Source of the DNA: the human T2T-CHM13v2.0 reference genome, Homo sapiens
Assembly (NCBI RefSeq): GCF_009914755.1
Contig: NC_060929.1
DNA: 64,000 bases
Reading direction: 5' to 3' (one strand)
The position numbers and the translations under genes are program-made. Positions 16,420-32,424 of the stretch are shown in pieces. The notes beneath the pieces were generated by a model. That model saw nothing but the letters and a program-made list of their open reading frames with translations. It made no database searches and was not told the DNA's origin. Each line of letters starts with the position of its first letter. The stretch's first letter is position 1.

Positions 16420-16830
16420 GGGTTTGGAGCACAAGAGCCAATCTGCCTGAATTTAATCTCATCCTCAGCACCTAACAACCATGTGACCTGGGACAAGCTA
16501 TGTAACCTTTCTCAATTTCGGAAGTTAACCATCTTTTAGCTGGGATTATAGGCACCCGCCACCGTGTCCGGTTAATTTTTCTATTTTTAGTAGAGATGGG
16601 GTTTTGCCATGTTGGCCAGGCTGGTCTTGTACTCCTGGCCTCAGATGATCTGCCCCCCTCGGCCTCCCAAAGTGCTGGGATTACAGGCGTGAACCACCAT
16701 GCCCAGCTGGTTAACCATCTTTATATCATCTTATGGTGAGTGCTAAATGAGATGACCCAGGTAATGAACTTTTTATGAGAAATACACATAGTAAGTGATT
16801 TTAAATGTTAATATTAATTTATTACTGTTG
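16420..16830 (+). mobile_element. MIR relic interrupted by a tailless Alu
   Basis: catgtgacctgggacaagctatgtaaccttt before the Alu; gtgagtgctaaatgagatga...cacatagtaagtg after it. Confidence 0.6.
16537..16708 (-). mobile_element. 3'-truncated (tailless) AluS: left arm plus start of right arm
   Basis: Alu 5' end at 16708, stops at ...TCCCAGCTA with no poly(A); 13-bp TSD gttaaccatcttt (16524-16536 / 16710-16722). Confidence 0.9.
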
Positions 16831-17959
16831 TTATCATTGTTAATTCTGATGTAACTTGTTATAGAAGTAAAAATAATCTTAGTATCTTTGTCAACTTAGA
16901 GTTGTCTGCTCTGGTTAATAATTTTCAGAATTTAAATTTTTCTGTGTTATCAAAGATTTATGGATAAATAACTAGCATTTAATGCTTATGTTTTAGACCT
17001 AGAAAACACAAACCAGGTTATCATAATTATAGAGTGATTAAAGAACACAAGAAAATGAAATAAAATTAGAATATTTTACTAATATGTTGAGTGACATTCT
17101 TAATATAAACATACTCTCTAGGAGTTTAACTATATTAGAGGTTTGTTTCAAAGGATATGGGGAAACGAAAACATTAGCATGAGTCATTCTTCTTCATTAG
17201 GCTGTAATTATCTACCACTCCTTAATTGTTGGAAATGTGCCTTGATGTGGTAAAGGCATAGAGCTCAACTCTACTTGTCTCCATTCAGACCACTTCCACT
17301 TTGTGGTGAAGTGTGAGGTTAAGTAATTTGTAATTTGTAGAATGACACTGTTGGTTGTATATACTGATAAGGCTAATGTCTTCACTTAGTAAAGAAGACG
17401 TCGAAATAATCCCATCACAGGAGTCAATCCTAGAGGCAACAGAGGATAAAAAGGAACTTTGATTTTTTTATCTAATAAACATGAATCAATAGCCTACAAT
17501 GGGTCAGGTAATAAGTTTAGTGCTGAAACAAAACAAAAGGCAAGTCAAACACAAATGCCCAGGTGGGCAAGGCTGAGGGGAGTGAAGAGAGCACCTGGAC
17601 ATGATGAGGATGATAAAGAGTGGAAAAGACTGTACCTATTGTGGGGAGCACAGGCCCCGTTCTAAACAGTCAGCAGATACAGGTTCCCAGTGATGCTGTC
17701 TTAAGAGGATGAAGGCTGAAAAATAGCAGGCCTTTGGATTTTTCAACAGAGGCTAGAAATACATTTTTAATGCAAAAATCTCTTATGTCCAAATGCTTGC
17801 AACTAATTTAAAATTTTAAAAAATCATATGAGAAAAGTAATTCCACACATCAGTGATCAAGGTTCAGACTCTGGGAAGTGAATATGTGCCCTCTGCATTT
17901 TCCTTTATCCCACCTGTCGGTATTGAGGGTCTTCAAAACTCATACTAGGTCCATCTCCT

Positions 17960-19274
<1,315 letters not shown>

Positions 19275-22200
19275 TAAGAAAAAAGGCCGAAGTTCAGGAA
19301 GCTTTATTTTAGAACACACTTTGATTTTAATATATTGTGGGAGGTCTATAAAATGCTGTTACCATATGCATCTTTTAGAATAAGGTATTCTGTTTATACG
19401 GAAACATTTAAAGGAAGCATTATCTATCTAATCAGCTTTTTAGTACTTTGGTACTTTAAGCTCTTAATTAAGACCCTTTGTTAATGACTGTGATAAAAGA
19501 CAAATCAAAATGAGGATATGAAAATAATCATATGCAGATTTTTGGAGATTTAAAACCTGACAGCATAATTGACAACATTTTTCAAGAGAAAGTAAGAATT
19601 GTTCATAACCCATATAATACTGGAGAAGAAAATTTGAAAATTTAAAAATTTGTAATTTACCTTTCTGTGCTGAAGAAACCAAAAAGAAAAAAAAAGAGAA
19701 TAAAAAGCCTTGTATAAAAGTGTTCATTATTTTTTGCCAGCAATATTATTAGTCATAGATAATCGTGAAATCATTCTGAACAAATATAGTCATCTAGAAA
19801 GAAAATATATTCGTGTCATATATCTTGTAATGTATAAGGCTACATTATACATATCTTTGACTTACATGTCTTTCCTTTCACCTGCTCTTTCTCTACCCTT
19901 CAGTAACTCTGAGCCAAAAAGACAACATAATTTCCAATGCTTTCCAGGAACAAGCTAAAGCAGGGAGGGAAGCAGCATTTCAAATAGAATCAGCTAGAAG
20001 TGGAAATCTCCTCCCTTCAAGGGTATGTTTTCAAAGGCGTTTTTATTTTAAACTTTCAATCCCTCTTTAGAAATAAGATAGGACTCTCCTTTGTTCCTAC
20101 TTTTTTACCTAATCTCCATACTTGACTGTAGTAAAATGCTTCTTGTTCTAACATACTTCATTCATTTTATACATGATGGATTATGGCCTTTCTGGGTTTT
20201 CTAAATCCAAAATGTCTGTTTTTCTTTTGAGTCAACAGTGTTTGGAAAAGGTAGAGAGAATTCTTATTTAACTTATTTTGTTCAGTATACTCCACAGCAC
20301 AATCCCTGAGCATGTAAATATTACTCCACACACCTTAGACATGGTGACTAGTCACTGACTAACAGTGAAGTCAAGTAACCAACATGTTGAATTAAACCAA
20401 GATTAAAATGATACTATTTGTACTGACTACTTGATAATCATTCTTGAAGGCAGACAAGTCTAGGGCTAGTGTATTGTGGCAACACAAAATACACAAAATA
20501 TTTTTGAAGTAATTTTATTTCAAATAATTTCCTATGTTTTTAATGTTTTCATTTTGAAATAAGAATATTGCTTTAAAAACGATTTCATTTTCTCCCTAGA
20601 TACTATTAGTTTGATAACCTCTTGATTGAATATTTTAATTTCTTAGCATTTTGGTGTTTGTATTCCAAAAGACTCTTCCAAAATGGTAATTTTCCACTTT
20701 CCACTTAAAGAACATAATCAATAAAGAAATCTAAAGCTATTATTTCTTGATATTTGGTAAAATCAGAGAATCAACATGTTGAAATCACTGTAATACTAAG
20801 CCATTAAGCTATAGTGCTTTAGCTGAGTCAAGGTTCTTGTAGAGCTGCAACCAAAAAGAAAGGCGTCACTATTTAATAGGATTTTCTTGGTATTTGGGAG
20901 AGTTTCCAAACAATCATTGGCTTCACACATACTATGCTGATTTCAGCACAAAGGATAAAACAGAGAAAACAATGTCTGTTTAGTATGGATTTGTTACTAC
21001 CTGCAAAGATTATTCAATATAAGCTTTTATACCTGGAAATATTATAGAACTGTATTGTTTTAATAGTTCACAGAATAGCATAGAATTCAGCATTCTAGAT
21101 TTTTCAATATCAAGTTTAGAAATATTCTTAAGATGTATTTTATGAGTTCAGCTCTATTAAGTGATTAAAAATTTAATGGATATAGTTCAAAGTTCTAAAT
21201 AATAAGCTCTTTTAGTTTGGTAACTACTTACTCTTTTCTCTACATTTCCACCTTTATTTAACACTTATTTTATTTTTTCTTGCTTGCTTGTTGCCTTGAT
21301 AATATTGTCAGTAAACACACTGAGGAGATGGTTTATATTTCCACAGAGAATAACCCAGTGTTTTGCATGGAGGTGGCCAATGTTCAGCAAATGGCTGAAT
21401 TCTGTTTTCTCAAAAGGACACACAAATACAAAGAAGACAAGGACATGGGCTAGCAATTATGCCTACTGACAGAAGCAAAGTTGGTAAGAAAATATATATT
21501 TCTGTTACCATGATTAATAGCTCTTTATTCTTAGTAATGACTGTCTCTCTCACTAGACTATAAATTGTTGAATGCAGAGACTGTATGTTTTGTCATCATA
21601 TCCCTAATGCCACTACATAAGCACCTAACACATTTGTTGAATAAATAAGTTGTCTATAGGTGTATATGCATGGGTGCAATATATGAGCATTTTTACATAT
21701 GTATGTATACTCCTACATATATACTTTTGTTCTTTACTTTTGAGCTCATTTATTATATTAATATGGTGATATTCCAAGTTTGATCAAATGGCAAGCCTAT
21801 GTTTAATGCTGTGTGTTCTTATTTTCATTTTTGGTTTCATGCCCTCTTGTAAATTGATAAGAAATTTAAGATTTAGTCATCTAATATGGATGATGTGCTA
21901 ATTTTTATAATTCCACGATGGAATTCTCTGATGTTTTATAGCTATTAGTTTTTAGACAGAATTATTAACTATATATATATAAGTATATTTCCACCTGTGA
22001 TTTATAAAATATTTGTAGATATTTTTCCTGGTATTTGTAGATTTTGCTTTGGTGGCTGCAAATAAGATATTCTGCCTCAAAAAGACGAAAATGAATTGAT
22101 GTAGCTTTTCCAAACAGACTCAGATAGTTTAAATAAGTTTTAGGTGGGAGAGAGAAAATTAAGACAGAGTAACATGTATCCAGTTCTCCCATTAAACTTT

Positions 22201-22579
22201 GGCTCTATAGATGGTTTGTGATCATACATTATTAGATTCACCCACTCCTTGTGATACATTCTGTACCACCAAATCCCAAATCTGCAGTTATTACATAAGG
22301 AACAGGATAGCATTTCAGTGACCAAATGTAAATCCAATACTCTTCAAAGATGCATACATGCATGAGGAAGATTGCTGCAACTTGTCTTTGGCGGACTCTC
22401 ATGGAGTATCAGATGCTGCATGTTATGTGGGAGCCATGCACAAGACCAAACAAAATTTGCAACCCAAATTCATAATTCTCTTGTTCATCTGCTGCTTCTC
22501 ATTCCATGAATTGAAAATATTTCCCTGGGATTTGGAAAGGCTGAACCAAAACTTGATTAGAAAAAACAACTGGATTTTG

Positions 22580-23275
22580 GTCCTGGATTTATTTAGCAAA
22601 CATGTATTGATCACCTACTATGTGCCAGTTGTTGGGTTTATGTGACTGGGATGCATCACACAAAGATTCCTGCCTTCATGAAGCTGTTCAATATTCTTGT
22701 GGTAGAGACAGATGACAAACAATTACATAAAAATAAGTAGAGTATACAGCCAGTGCTACAGAGAGAAAGAAAAGAAGGGTGAGAGAGATTAGGATACCAG
22801 AGGGGGACAGATTGCAATAGTCAGGGTGACTTCATTAAAAAGGTGAGAAATAAGCTCAGATTTGAAGTAAAGGAAGGGGTTAACTAGATAAACGGACTTT
22901 TATCAGCCAGGTAGCCTGGGACAAGCAATGCAAAGCTCTGAGTCTTGACTTCTTCATTCGCGAATTGGAAGATTGGTCTAGACAATCGCTACCAAAGTCC
23001 TTTTAAGTTCTTAAATTGTGTGAACTATGATTTAGCTGATGCCAACATTACGGAGTGAAAGCAGTCATCTAGCTAATGTTCATTAAGTGCACACAATGTG
23101 TCACATGCTGCTAAATGCCAGCGATGTCACAGCATTTAACAAATGCTCATTATGGTAGTGACAATTTAGAAGTATCTCATTACCTTCATCATTCATTTGT
23201 TCACTCACTTATTCAACAAACATACATTGAGCACCTACTATGTGCCTGGCACTGCTCTATAGTTGGAGTTAGTTA
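22580..23275 (-). mobile_element. L2 3'-end fragments with intervening MIR-like pieces
   Basis: atttagcaaacatgtattgatcacctactatgtgccag and cattcatttgttcactcacttattcaacaaacatacattgagcacctactatgtgcctggcactg. Confidence 0.65.
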
Positions 23276-23727
23276 CAAAGCTGAGAGACAATCTGATGAG
23301 GGAGGGAGGCATGTTAGCAGGAAGTCCGTGTGAGGACTGAACCAGATTTGAAGAAGGGGAGGCAGGTTCAGGACACGCAGCAGGAGGAGGAATAGTGAAG
23401 CTGAGAGAGGAGTGTGCACTTCTGCCAGCGGTTCTGGATAGACTTTATTTTTTTCTACTTACAGACATAAACTTCTGGCAATTCCTTATTAAGTAAATCT
23501 ACTTGTTTTATTTGTTGACAAAAGTGACAATTACTTTTACTTATTAAATAGAAGGACACAGTTTTCATTTCTGGGAGTTCCTCTTGTTCTGCCTTACAAA
23601 AATTTAAAGTAGCGGATCTGTGCTCACATAGTAAATACATTAAGGGAAAATATTACTTATGTTTGGAGAACTTTAGTTTCTACCAGGAAAGTAAAAATGG
23701 TCAGATAATATTTAATGTGACTGGGGA

Positions 23728-24028
<301 letters not shown>

Positions 24029-24244
24029 TTAAAGTAATAATATGAATGGGGACATTTTAAATTGTGAAATTAAAGAAGGCAAAGAAAAGAACTTATAAAA
24101 TGTTTACTTTATTAGAATTAAGGTGATGATATGTTCTGTTAACAAATGTACTTTGAAAAGCATGAATTTTTTTGACCAGTATTTGTAGTCTGTTTTCTAT
24201 TTAAAAATCAATTTTCCATAACAGGGAGGAAGCAATAAACATAA

Positions 24245-24440
24245 TGATAACAACCACCTGGATAAGTATTGGCTCTTGGGAACCAGGCACTGTACTAAGC
24301 ACTTTCCACATATTATCTCATTTAATTCTCACAAAGCTCTATTGAATAAGCAGGCATTAGGTCTGATTTTACAGAGGGGTAACTGGGATTTGGAGAGATT
24401 AAGTAAATTTTCCAAGGTCTAAGCTAGTTAGTGGCATTAC
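24245..24440 (-). mobile_element. MIR SINE relic
   Basis: ccaggcactgtactaagcactttccacatattatctcatttaattctcac...attttacagaggggtaactg. Confidence 0.75.
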
Positions 24441-25045
24441 AGGAAAGACTGAAACTTGTCATCAGAAGACCTCTGCTTGAACACCAAATGCAGGAAGCAC
24501 TGACTCTGACCTTGATAAGGTCAAGTAGTTACATGTTCATCTATTTTGCTTTGCATATTGGTTAATAGGCAAATGGTCATAAAATTTCTCTGTTATCTGT
24601 AAATGTCTTCTAAAAAGTTGTATTTTGAAGAGTGTATTCATCATCTCTAAAATTCTATGGTAGTTGAAAGGCTACACAAAAGTTTTTGGACCTGATACAA
24701 ATATTATAAATATTATTCTTTCTGTGTGATTTGATACTCCATGTAAAACTCTTCCTAATGGTCTCAAGTTTCAAAGGATTTAAAAGTAAAGTAAAGTAGC
24801 CACATTGTGACATGAGGAACAAAATCCATTAGTTTAGTGTATAGAGAGGATATTAACAGTGGCCCCTCTTCCTGTAGAGGTATTTGAGAACATAACTATT
24901 GCCTACATTGAGGACAGTATGTTATATACAAGCTAATATCTTGATTGCATATTTTTAGTAGACTTTGTGGACAAATGAAGTTTGCTTTCCTGTATGATCA
25001 AATTATTTCAATGAAAAATTAAAGGAAATGGATTAGTGTGTGTGA

Positions 25046-25498
<453 letters not shown>

Positions 25499-26733
25499 TT
25501 TCTTTCTTTCTTTCTTTTTTAATATCCAGATTAAACTTTTTTGTGTGTGTCTATATCTCTATAAAACCTCCCACAACAAAATTATGAGGAGGCTTCAGAA
25601 AAACAATTAGCTAACCCATACACATGGAACTCAAAAATGTATCATTAAAATGTTGAGCTTCTGCATCAAGGCAGCCAACAAAAAGTTGAGGCTGATTTGC
25701 ACAATTTTCCCAATGTTGTTCAGACCTTGGGAACTTGGAGTACAAAAATAGAAATCTAATCAAAAATAGGAGAGAGTAATGATATTTTTACAGCAACGTG
25801 AATTTTCAACTATTTTCCATCACTAACAGAAGCTCATACTGCTTATCAGTACCATTCAAGAATCTGAGATTGAGATAGCTAATTTAATCATCTGACTAAA
25901 TTCTTCAAAAAATTTGTGAGGATTTCAGCTCCCTAAAATTCCTTCTGGGCTATGTTTGATAAATAAAAGTTTTAAATATAAGAAAATATGCAGTATTTCA
26001 AGTAAGTAACGAAGCAAGTAAGTAATCTGCTTTGTTGATTCTTGTGCTACCTGATTTATTTTTGCATTATAAAAAACAGCTGGAATTATGGAAGGTCACT
26101 TGGAAGCAGTTTCTCTGAAGAACTATGGGATTTGAAAATTCAATCTGAATGCTATCACAAAAAAATTGTTGGGAAAAAAGTAATGAGAACAGGTATTTCA
26201 TTTACGGGCATAACATCATAATCCTATGACCCAAATCACATTTCAGCATTAAATTTCCACAAGCCAAATATAGTTCTATTACTTGAAAGCTCTTTAGCAA
26301 CTCTTCGAGGCAAGCCTGCACTTTCTAAGAATATGAATTTACAATTAAAATGAAGTGGACTATCAAGCCTTTTTAAAAATGTGGACAGTGTATGCAAATA
26401 ATCTGGATAATCCTGATACTCTGGGTCAGAAATCCCCTTGCACTAAGTTTCAACAGAGGAGATGGGAATGGAAAGGCTGGAGTAACAGAAGTTTTCCTTC
26501 CTGAGATAACTTGAGTCTGACTTATAGGAGTAATTTTTCAAATGTTAGTACATTTTTAAAACACTATTCTCATACTCTGAGTGCAATTTTCATTAAATGG
26601 TTTGTACACAATTCATAATACAACTTTGGTATCTGTCATCTAATAACTTGAAACCATGGCTTAAGTTTCTATTGCATTGGGTATAAAACTGGTATTATTA
26701 ATAACGACTAGGTATTACTATTTTGGCTGAATT

Positions 26734-26764
26734 GAATTCTGTCACTAGAATTCTGTCACTAGAA
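26734..26764. repeat. 14-bp tandem duplication
   Basis: gaattctgtcacta x2 + gaa. Confidence 0.9.
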
Positions 26765-27930
26765 GGTAAAAGGGTATTATTCCTCATTAGAAATCTCTAT
26801 GTGTAAATATCATATGGTCTTTGGGAAACAGCTCTGATTCTACTATATATTACAGAAACAGCTGAGTCAGCAGCTTGCAGAGTAAAATGTATGATTACAA
26901 TTTCTTTTCTCAGTTCAACAGAGAAAAAAATAAAGCTGTTGGAAGCAAACAAAACTAAAAGAGATGTGTCTAAAATAGCTAGACATAGACAAATTCAGAA
27001 TTCTATTTTGGTAGTCATAATACGTACAGGAAAATACTTCTAGACAGATTTACACTATCATTTGACCTTCACAAGTCATACTTTTCACAGTGAATGCAGT
27101 TTACTGAGGCTACGCTTTTGACCTTGAAGATGTAACTTAGAGTTTTATGTCTCTTAGCAAACTTATCATGCCTCTGGTACCCCAATGGAGTTTATCTAAA
27201 ATTATCATCATCTGCTTAAACTGTTAAGTTCTATAATTCCTTTTTTAATTATTCAGCATCCAAGGGCAAGGAAAGAACTGTTCCTCTTATTGCATAAGTC
27301 TCAGCTTTCTTAATGCAGGATGTCCCTCATCTGAAGCTGGGACTGAGGAAATAGCTGCATTGTACTGCAGCCTCAAATCCTGCTACAGCTCTCAGGCTTA
27401 GGAATCAGCTGAGCTGAACAGAAATGTGCAGGGGCAATGTATTGGTCTATAGGAGCTAAAGCTTAACTGAAGCAGATTATAATAGGGTAAACTACTTTTT
27501 CCTGGACAATAGCTTGTCTAATTTTCATTTTATTTATATTGTTTCTCTTAATGATTAAACAGTTACTCTAACAGAATGACCTTATATCCTAAGTTTTACT
27601 TCCTATTTTCTCTCTCTGACTTGCATTTAAATGAACTTTATGGCCTCCATTTTACTTGAAGATAGCAACTGCACTTAACAGCCTTGAACGATTATACCAA
27701 CTCACTGCAGCTGGACATTCTTAAGCTACTCAACTTTAATTGTCCCCAATTCTTAACTCTACTGTAATGCAATAGTGTTTAAAAGCCAGGGAACACGTTC
27801 ACCAATTAGCAGAAAGGGAAAGAAAAAGTCAATGCAGCAGAACTAAAATTAAGAAACACTAGCCCAGCATCTCAACTCTAAGTAACTTAAAATTAATTAG
27901 GCTTTGATAAGAGAAGCTGTGTTTCCTTAC

Positions 27931-28030
27931 CTTGGATGTGAATAGCTCTGTCATGATCCAGAGTATAGTTGTCTGAAAGATGATCAGCCCAGCAGATTGA
28001 AATCAGCACCAGAAGAAGTAGACTCTTCAT
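27931..28030 (-). CDS. HAPLN1: HAPLN1 first coding exon: signal peptide and Link-N peptide (100 coding nt)
   Basis: ATG at 28030 (context aagATG, A at -3); MKSLLLLVLISICWA-DHLSDNYTLDHDRAIHIQ; donor AAG|GTAAGG at 27930. Confidence 0.98.
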
Positions 28031-28056
28031 CTTTATAGCCCAAAGAATCTTCTTCA
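28031..28056 (-). other. HAPLN1: 5'-UTR part of the first coding exon (26 nt)
   Basis: Acceptor gatgctctcgcAG|TGAAGAAG with AG at 28058-28057. Confidence 0.85.
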
Positions 28057-30652
28057 CTGCGAGAGCATCACATACAAAGAGGCTTGTGAGATTTGGAACC
28101 CTTTGGAGTGTTGCACTGCACAACTTATTACCGCCTTATCATCATAGAATGGGTCTGTAAAAATATTTAACCCAATCTGTTCAGAAAGTTACTGTAGCTG
28201 CCTTTAAGAGCCGAAGACGGCAGCTTTGAACAATTCCTGCTACCATCATGTAGCCAGAGTCCAAATAGTGTTTAACTCTATCTTTGCAGAATTGTAAATC
28301 TAGAAATTTAAAACACTGTAGTTTGGATAGAGAATTACAGCAAGTAACAAAGAGATGTGGCAAAAACATAAACACTCTTAAAAAAATGTAAGCCTCTGAA
28401 TTTGCAACATAAGTTAATAAAACAGCAATGTGTTATGTCTGTATATGAGTATCACTTGGTCTAATTAGAAAGTGAATCTAAAGCCAGGGCAAATAATATT
28501 TGCATGAAACTTGACATCGTCATTCATTTTACATGTGGCTTCCTAAGAAGGTTAGACTTGCTTGTTCCAAATAGAAAAGAGGACCAAAAAAAAGTGCCCG
28601 ATTAAGCAGAAGCAGCACATTTGTTACAGATTCACTTACCATCTTACATACTGCTTGGGTCTACGGTGAATAGTTGAAAATTATGAACAAACTAGGTTAG
28701 AGTTGTGCACGCTACCACTGCAGTCATCCTGATTGATTTTTCATTCATTTCAACCTAAAATGCTGACGCACCAACTTAGAGTGCCAGGTAGGGTCTCTGC
28801 AGTCAGCGGATCCACGGCTGCAGGGAACGTCCCTGCCAGCCTCCCAGGGCAATTAGGCAAATGAAAAGCTGAAACAGACAGGGAGGCACAGATCTGGTCC
28901 TAAGTGAAAAAGGCAGAGCCATCACTTGCCTGTCCTTTATTGAAAGACCAATGTGATAAAAGGGGACATAACCTCTTCCCTCCCAAAAGTTTGTCATTGG
29001 AAGAACCAAAAGTGATTCTAAGTGATACGAACCTTATAACCTTTGCAGTATTTGCCAGGCAAGGATTTCAGTGGAGCTTCTTGGTTTTAATGTGGAAGCT
29101 GACACGAAAATTAACAAGGACCTTCTATTTCTCTCATGCACACAGCAGCCTTGACAATACCGGCTATTTTTAAAACTGAAATTGCACAGTACTGGCTTCT
29201 CACACTAATTTGTTTTTTCCAAGAAAGCCTGACTCCCTGGGATACTTATTAAAGAGCTCTGAGTCTGTTCCTGGAGGTCCTTGTAGGAGAGCCTCTACTC
29301 CAGAACCTAATTCACTTATTCACAGAAGGTCCCCAAGTCTCTTCTGAGACTGAAACATGTCTCTGTATTTTCCCCTGTGAAGATTTGCACTACTGTGATG
29401 CTGATGGCTTTAGTCTTTCACGTTTGCTTTAAATCTTTTCTTTTTCTTCATTATATCACATAAAGAAGATGGTAGATAAGCAAACAAATTGTGAAATTTA
29501 TTTGTCAAGGAAACCAAGAATGTTAGCTTCAAAATTCTACCTGATTTACTAGTCTTATTTTCAGAAGTTCACTTCCTTGTTCCTCTAAGAACTTTTTTGA
29601 AATGCTTATTTTTGTTGTTGTTGTTGGTTGTTTGTAGTCACTAACTTTTGTCCACAAAATTACAGTTTAAAATATTACCTATTTTCAGCCCAGGATTGTG
29701 CTTTGGGTGAACAAATATAAAGGTGGCCTTTTGGAATTTGGAATATAATTGAGATAACTGTAAACACAAATATGAAACAACAGACAAACAGTACCAGAGT
29801 TGTGATGTGCTCTCTGCTTGTTTACAGGAATCAGAGAAGGGGCGCTGTGGAGGAGAGAGTATAAAGAAGGTGTATAATTTAACAATCAAACACAGGAGAC
29901 ATTCTAGATGAGGAGTCAAGATGAGCAAAGGTGGAGAGTTTGCTAAATTAATGTTCACGTTAGTGTGGTCATGTATAGTGTAATTTATAGGGAGCTGTAT
30001 ATGATACACACACTAGGTTAGAGTTGTTTATCCTTCCACTGCAGCCATCTTGAATTTCATTCGTCTTAAAAATATATGACACATCTATCTATGTATCTCC
30101 TTTAGTTCCATACCATAGTATTTAAAATTATACTACTAAGGGTTCATTCCAATGTGTTAAAGTACTGACTATCCAACAACCTAATTTAAAATTGTAAACA
30201 TCTTGAGTGCTTGTGAGGGAGTATGGGGAATAAACAATGATAAAAACACCTTTCATGGAATGTCTACTGTTCGCCAGCACTATAAGCAGCATTTTGTCTG
30301 CAATGGCTCATGGATTCCTTAGAACAATAATGTGAGACAAATATTTCCATTTCTTGGGATACAGACAGTAATCTTGCTGGAAGGTACACATCTAGTAAGT
30401 GGCAAAGTCTGTATTTGCCTTCAAGCAAATTTAATTTGTTATGTCTTTTGTTGCCTTTTTAAATTCAAGCTCTTTAACTTACAACTATGATCTTAAGACT
30501 TTGACTTGTGTTATATATGAATATAAACATTTTTCCCAAGACTTACATATTGAGAAGGCAGTCAGGTGGTATTTTTCTTAACATGATTTGCCCTGCCTCA
30601 TTAATTATATCACTCTGGTACCATGAACAAAGTCTTGGTGGTTCACATGTGT

Positions 30653-30770
30653 GCACACATACACAGAGATATGCACACATACACAGAGATACGCACACAT
30701 ATACAGAGATACGCACACATACACAGAGATACGCACACATACACAGAGATACGCACACACAGAAAGATAG
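30653..30770. repeat. 20-bp minisatellite (gcacacatacacagagatac) x ~5.5
   Basis: Units start at 30653, 30673, 30693, 30713, 30733, 30753; near-identical. Confidence 0.95.
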
Positions 30771-32424
30771 ATACATACCATCTTTGAAAAATTCAAGTAT
30801 ATTGGACATCTGCAGTAACTTGTGATTAGAGGCCTCTATCAGTGAATACTTTAGAGTACCCTGTGCTGGATTCAATACAATCCAGGGAGGTGAGAATGGA
30901 AATTATCTTTGTTACTCTGGTAAGCACAACAACCATCTCACCAGTAGACATGAAACTAGAAAAGTATACTTTAGGGTCACAGTCTTCAGGTGTCTGAGCA
31001 ATAAGCTATATAAAACAAGGTGCTGCACACCAGACTGAGGTCATTGAGGTCAAGGGCTGTGCCACGGGTCTAAGTGCTGGTCCCAGTAGAAAAGGACACC
31101 TCAGACATAGTAGGTGGTCATGTGAGTAAATAAATCTGAGTCCTGCTTGTTTGCATTTTGTAATCATGCCTCCTCTTAATGTCTAGGTATGTTAGGTAAA
31201 AATTTGCAGTTTTTGATATGAGCTAAAATTTAGACAATCGGGGAGACTTTTCCACAACCAGCTATTATCAACTCCTGAATTAGTGCTCTCAGTTCACCTG
31301 CAATTCACACATTGAAGGTCTCTTTTCACAGCCTTACAAATCTTAATGCTCGATCAGCCAGCTTCAAGATGAATCCAAACTGAAATGTCTATGTTCATAG
31401 TCAAAGACAGATAATAGGAATGTAATTTTACAGTCCTGCTTTGTTGATAATTGAAGCATGATTTGGAAGCAATATACCTTATCCAATGTGAAAGAGTAAT
31501 AGTTTGATAGAAATGCAGATATACTAATATCAACAGTCTAATACCAAGATGGTCAACTGCTATTTCTTAAGTGTCTACTACATTATCATTATCATATTAG
31601 GTAATGGGGAGATCAAACCAAGTGAAAGGCATGTGTGCTACTTCATGTGCCTTGAGAGCTAACACTACATATTTCCTGAACTGCCATTTCTCAGAACAAC
31701 TCAATTGAGGTAAGTATGTTGTTAGACACATTTTACAGCTCTAGAAGTGGAGTCTTAGGGTGGTGAGGTACCCAGCATGTACAACAAGGAGCTGGTAGTC
31801 TGGGCAGTGTTACCCCAGAGACGCATTCCCAACTACCATTACCATTGTCGTGGGTCCCCTGACGAGTGCTGTCGGCTCTCTCTTAGCCAGTCTTGCACCT
31901 CCTTTAATGCTTCATGCAAGCTGGAATTTTCCTTGTCATATTGCATAGTTCTGTGAAAGTTCAAGCTACCAAGTCAGCTAAAAAGCTTTTCTGATGCCAT
32001 GGACTGGATGTCCAGCCAAGACCTTTTCATTGTGGTGAGCTTTCAGTCTGGACATGGGCAGCCTATTGTTCCCTTAGCCTGGGTCTGATCCTTTGGCAAC
32101 CTGACAAACTGAGAAAAATCATAGACCAGAAGGAAGAAAAGTGAGCTCTATTCCAGGTCTCACAACCAGTACAACAGGTCTCAATTTCTTCACCTACAAA
32201 ATAGAAATAATGACAATGTCTCCCTGGTTTGAAAGTATTCTTGAACAAGTATACAAATCACAAACACTAAGGTATTGTTATTAAATTGGGAAGGACTGCC
32301 TCAAACTTGATTGATCGTTATGGATAAATGTAAGAAAAATAGTGAATCAAGGACATCTCCATCTCAGAGACAGATAAATCCTCCCATAAAACTGCTATTT
32401 GGAATGAGTTCAGGAGTCACTTCC

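Noticed and set aside
27893-28123. 76-aa ORF with N-terminal extension MCSATLQR
   Set aside because: The extension crosses the acceptor at 28057 and the tail crosses the donor at 27930; the real start is ATG 28030
30508-30875. Repetitive ORFs or a CRISPR-like array
   Set aside because: Head-to-tail 20-bp minisatellite without unique spacers, in primate DNA with no cas genes
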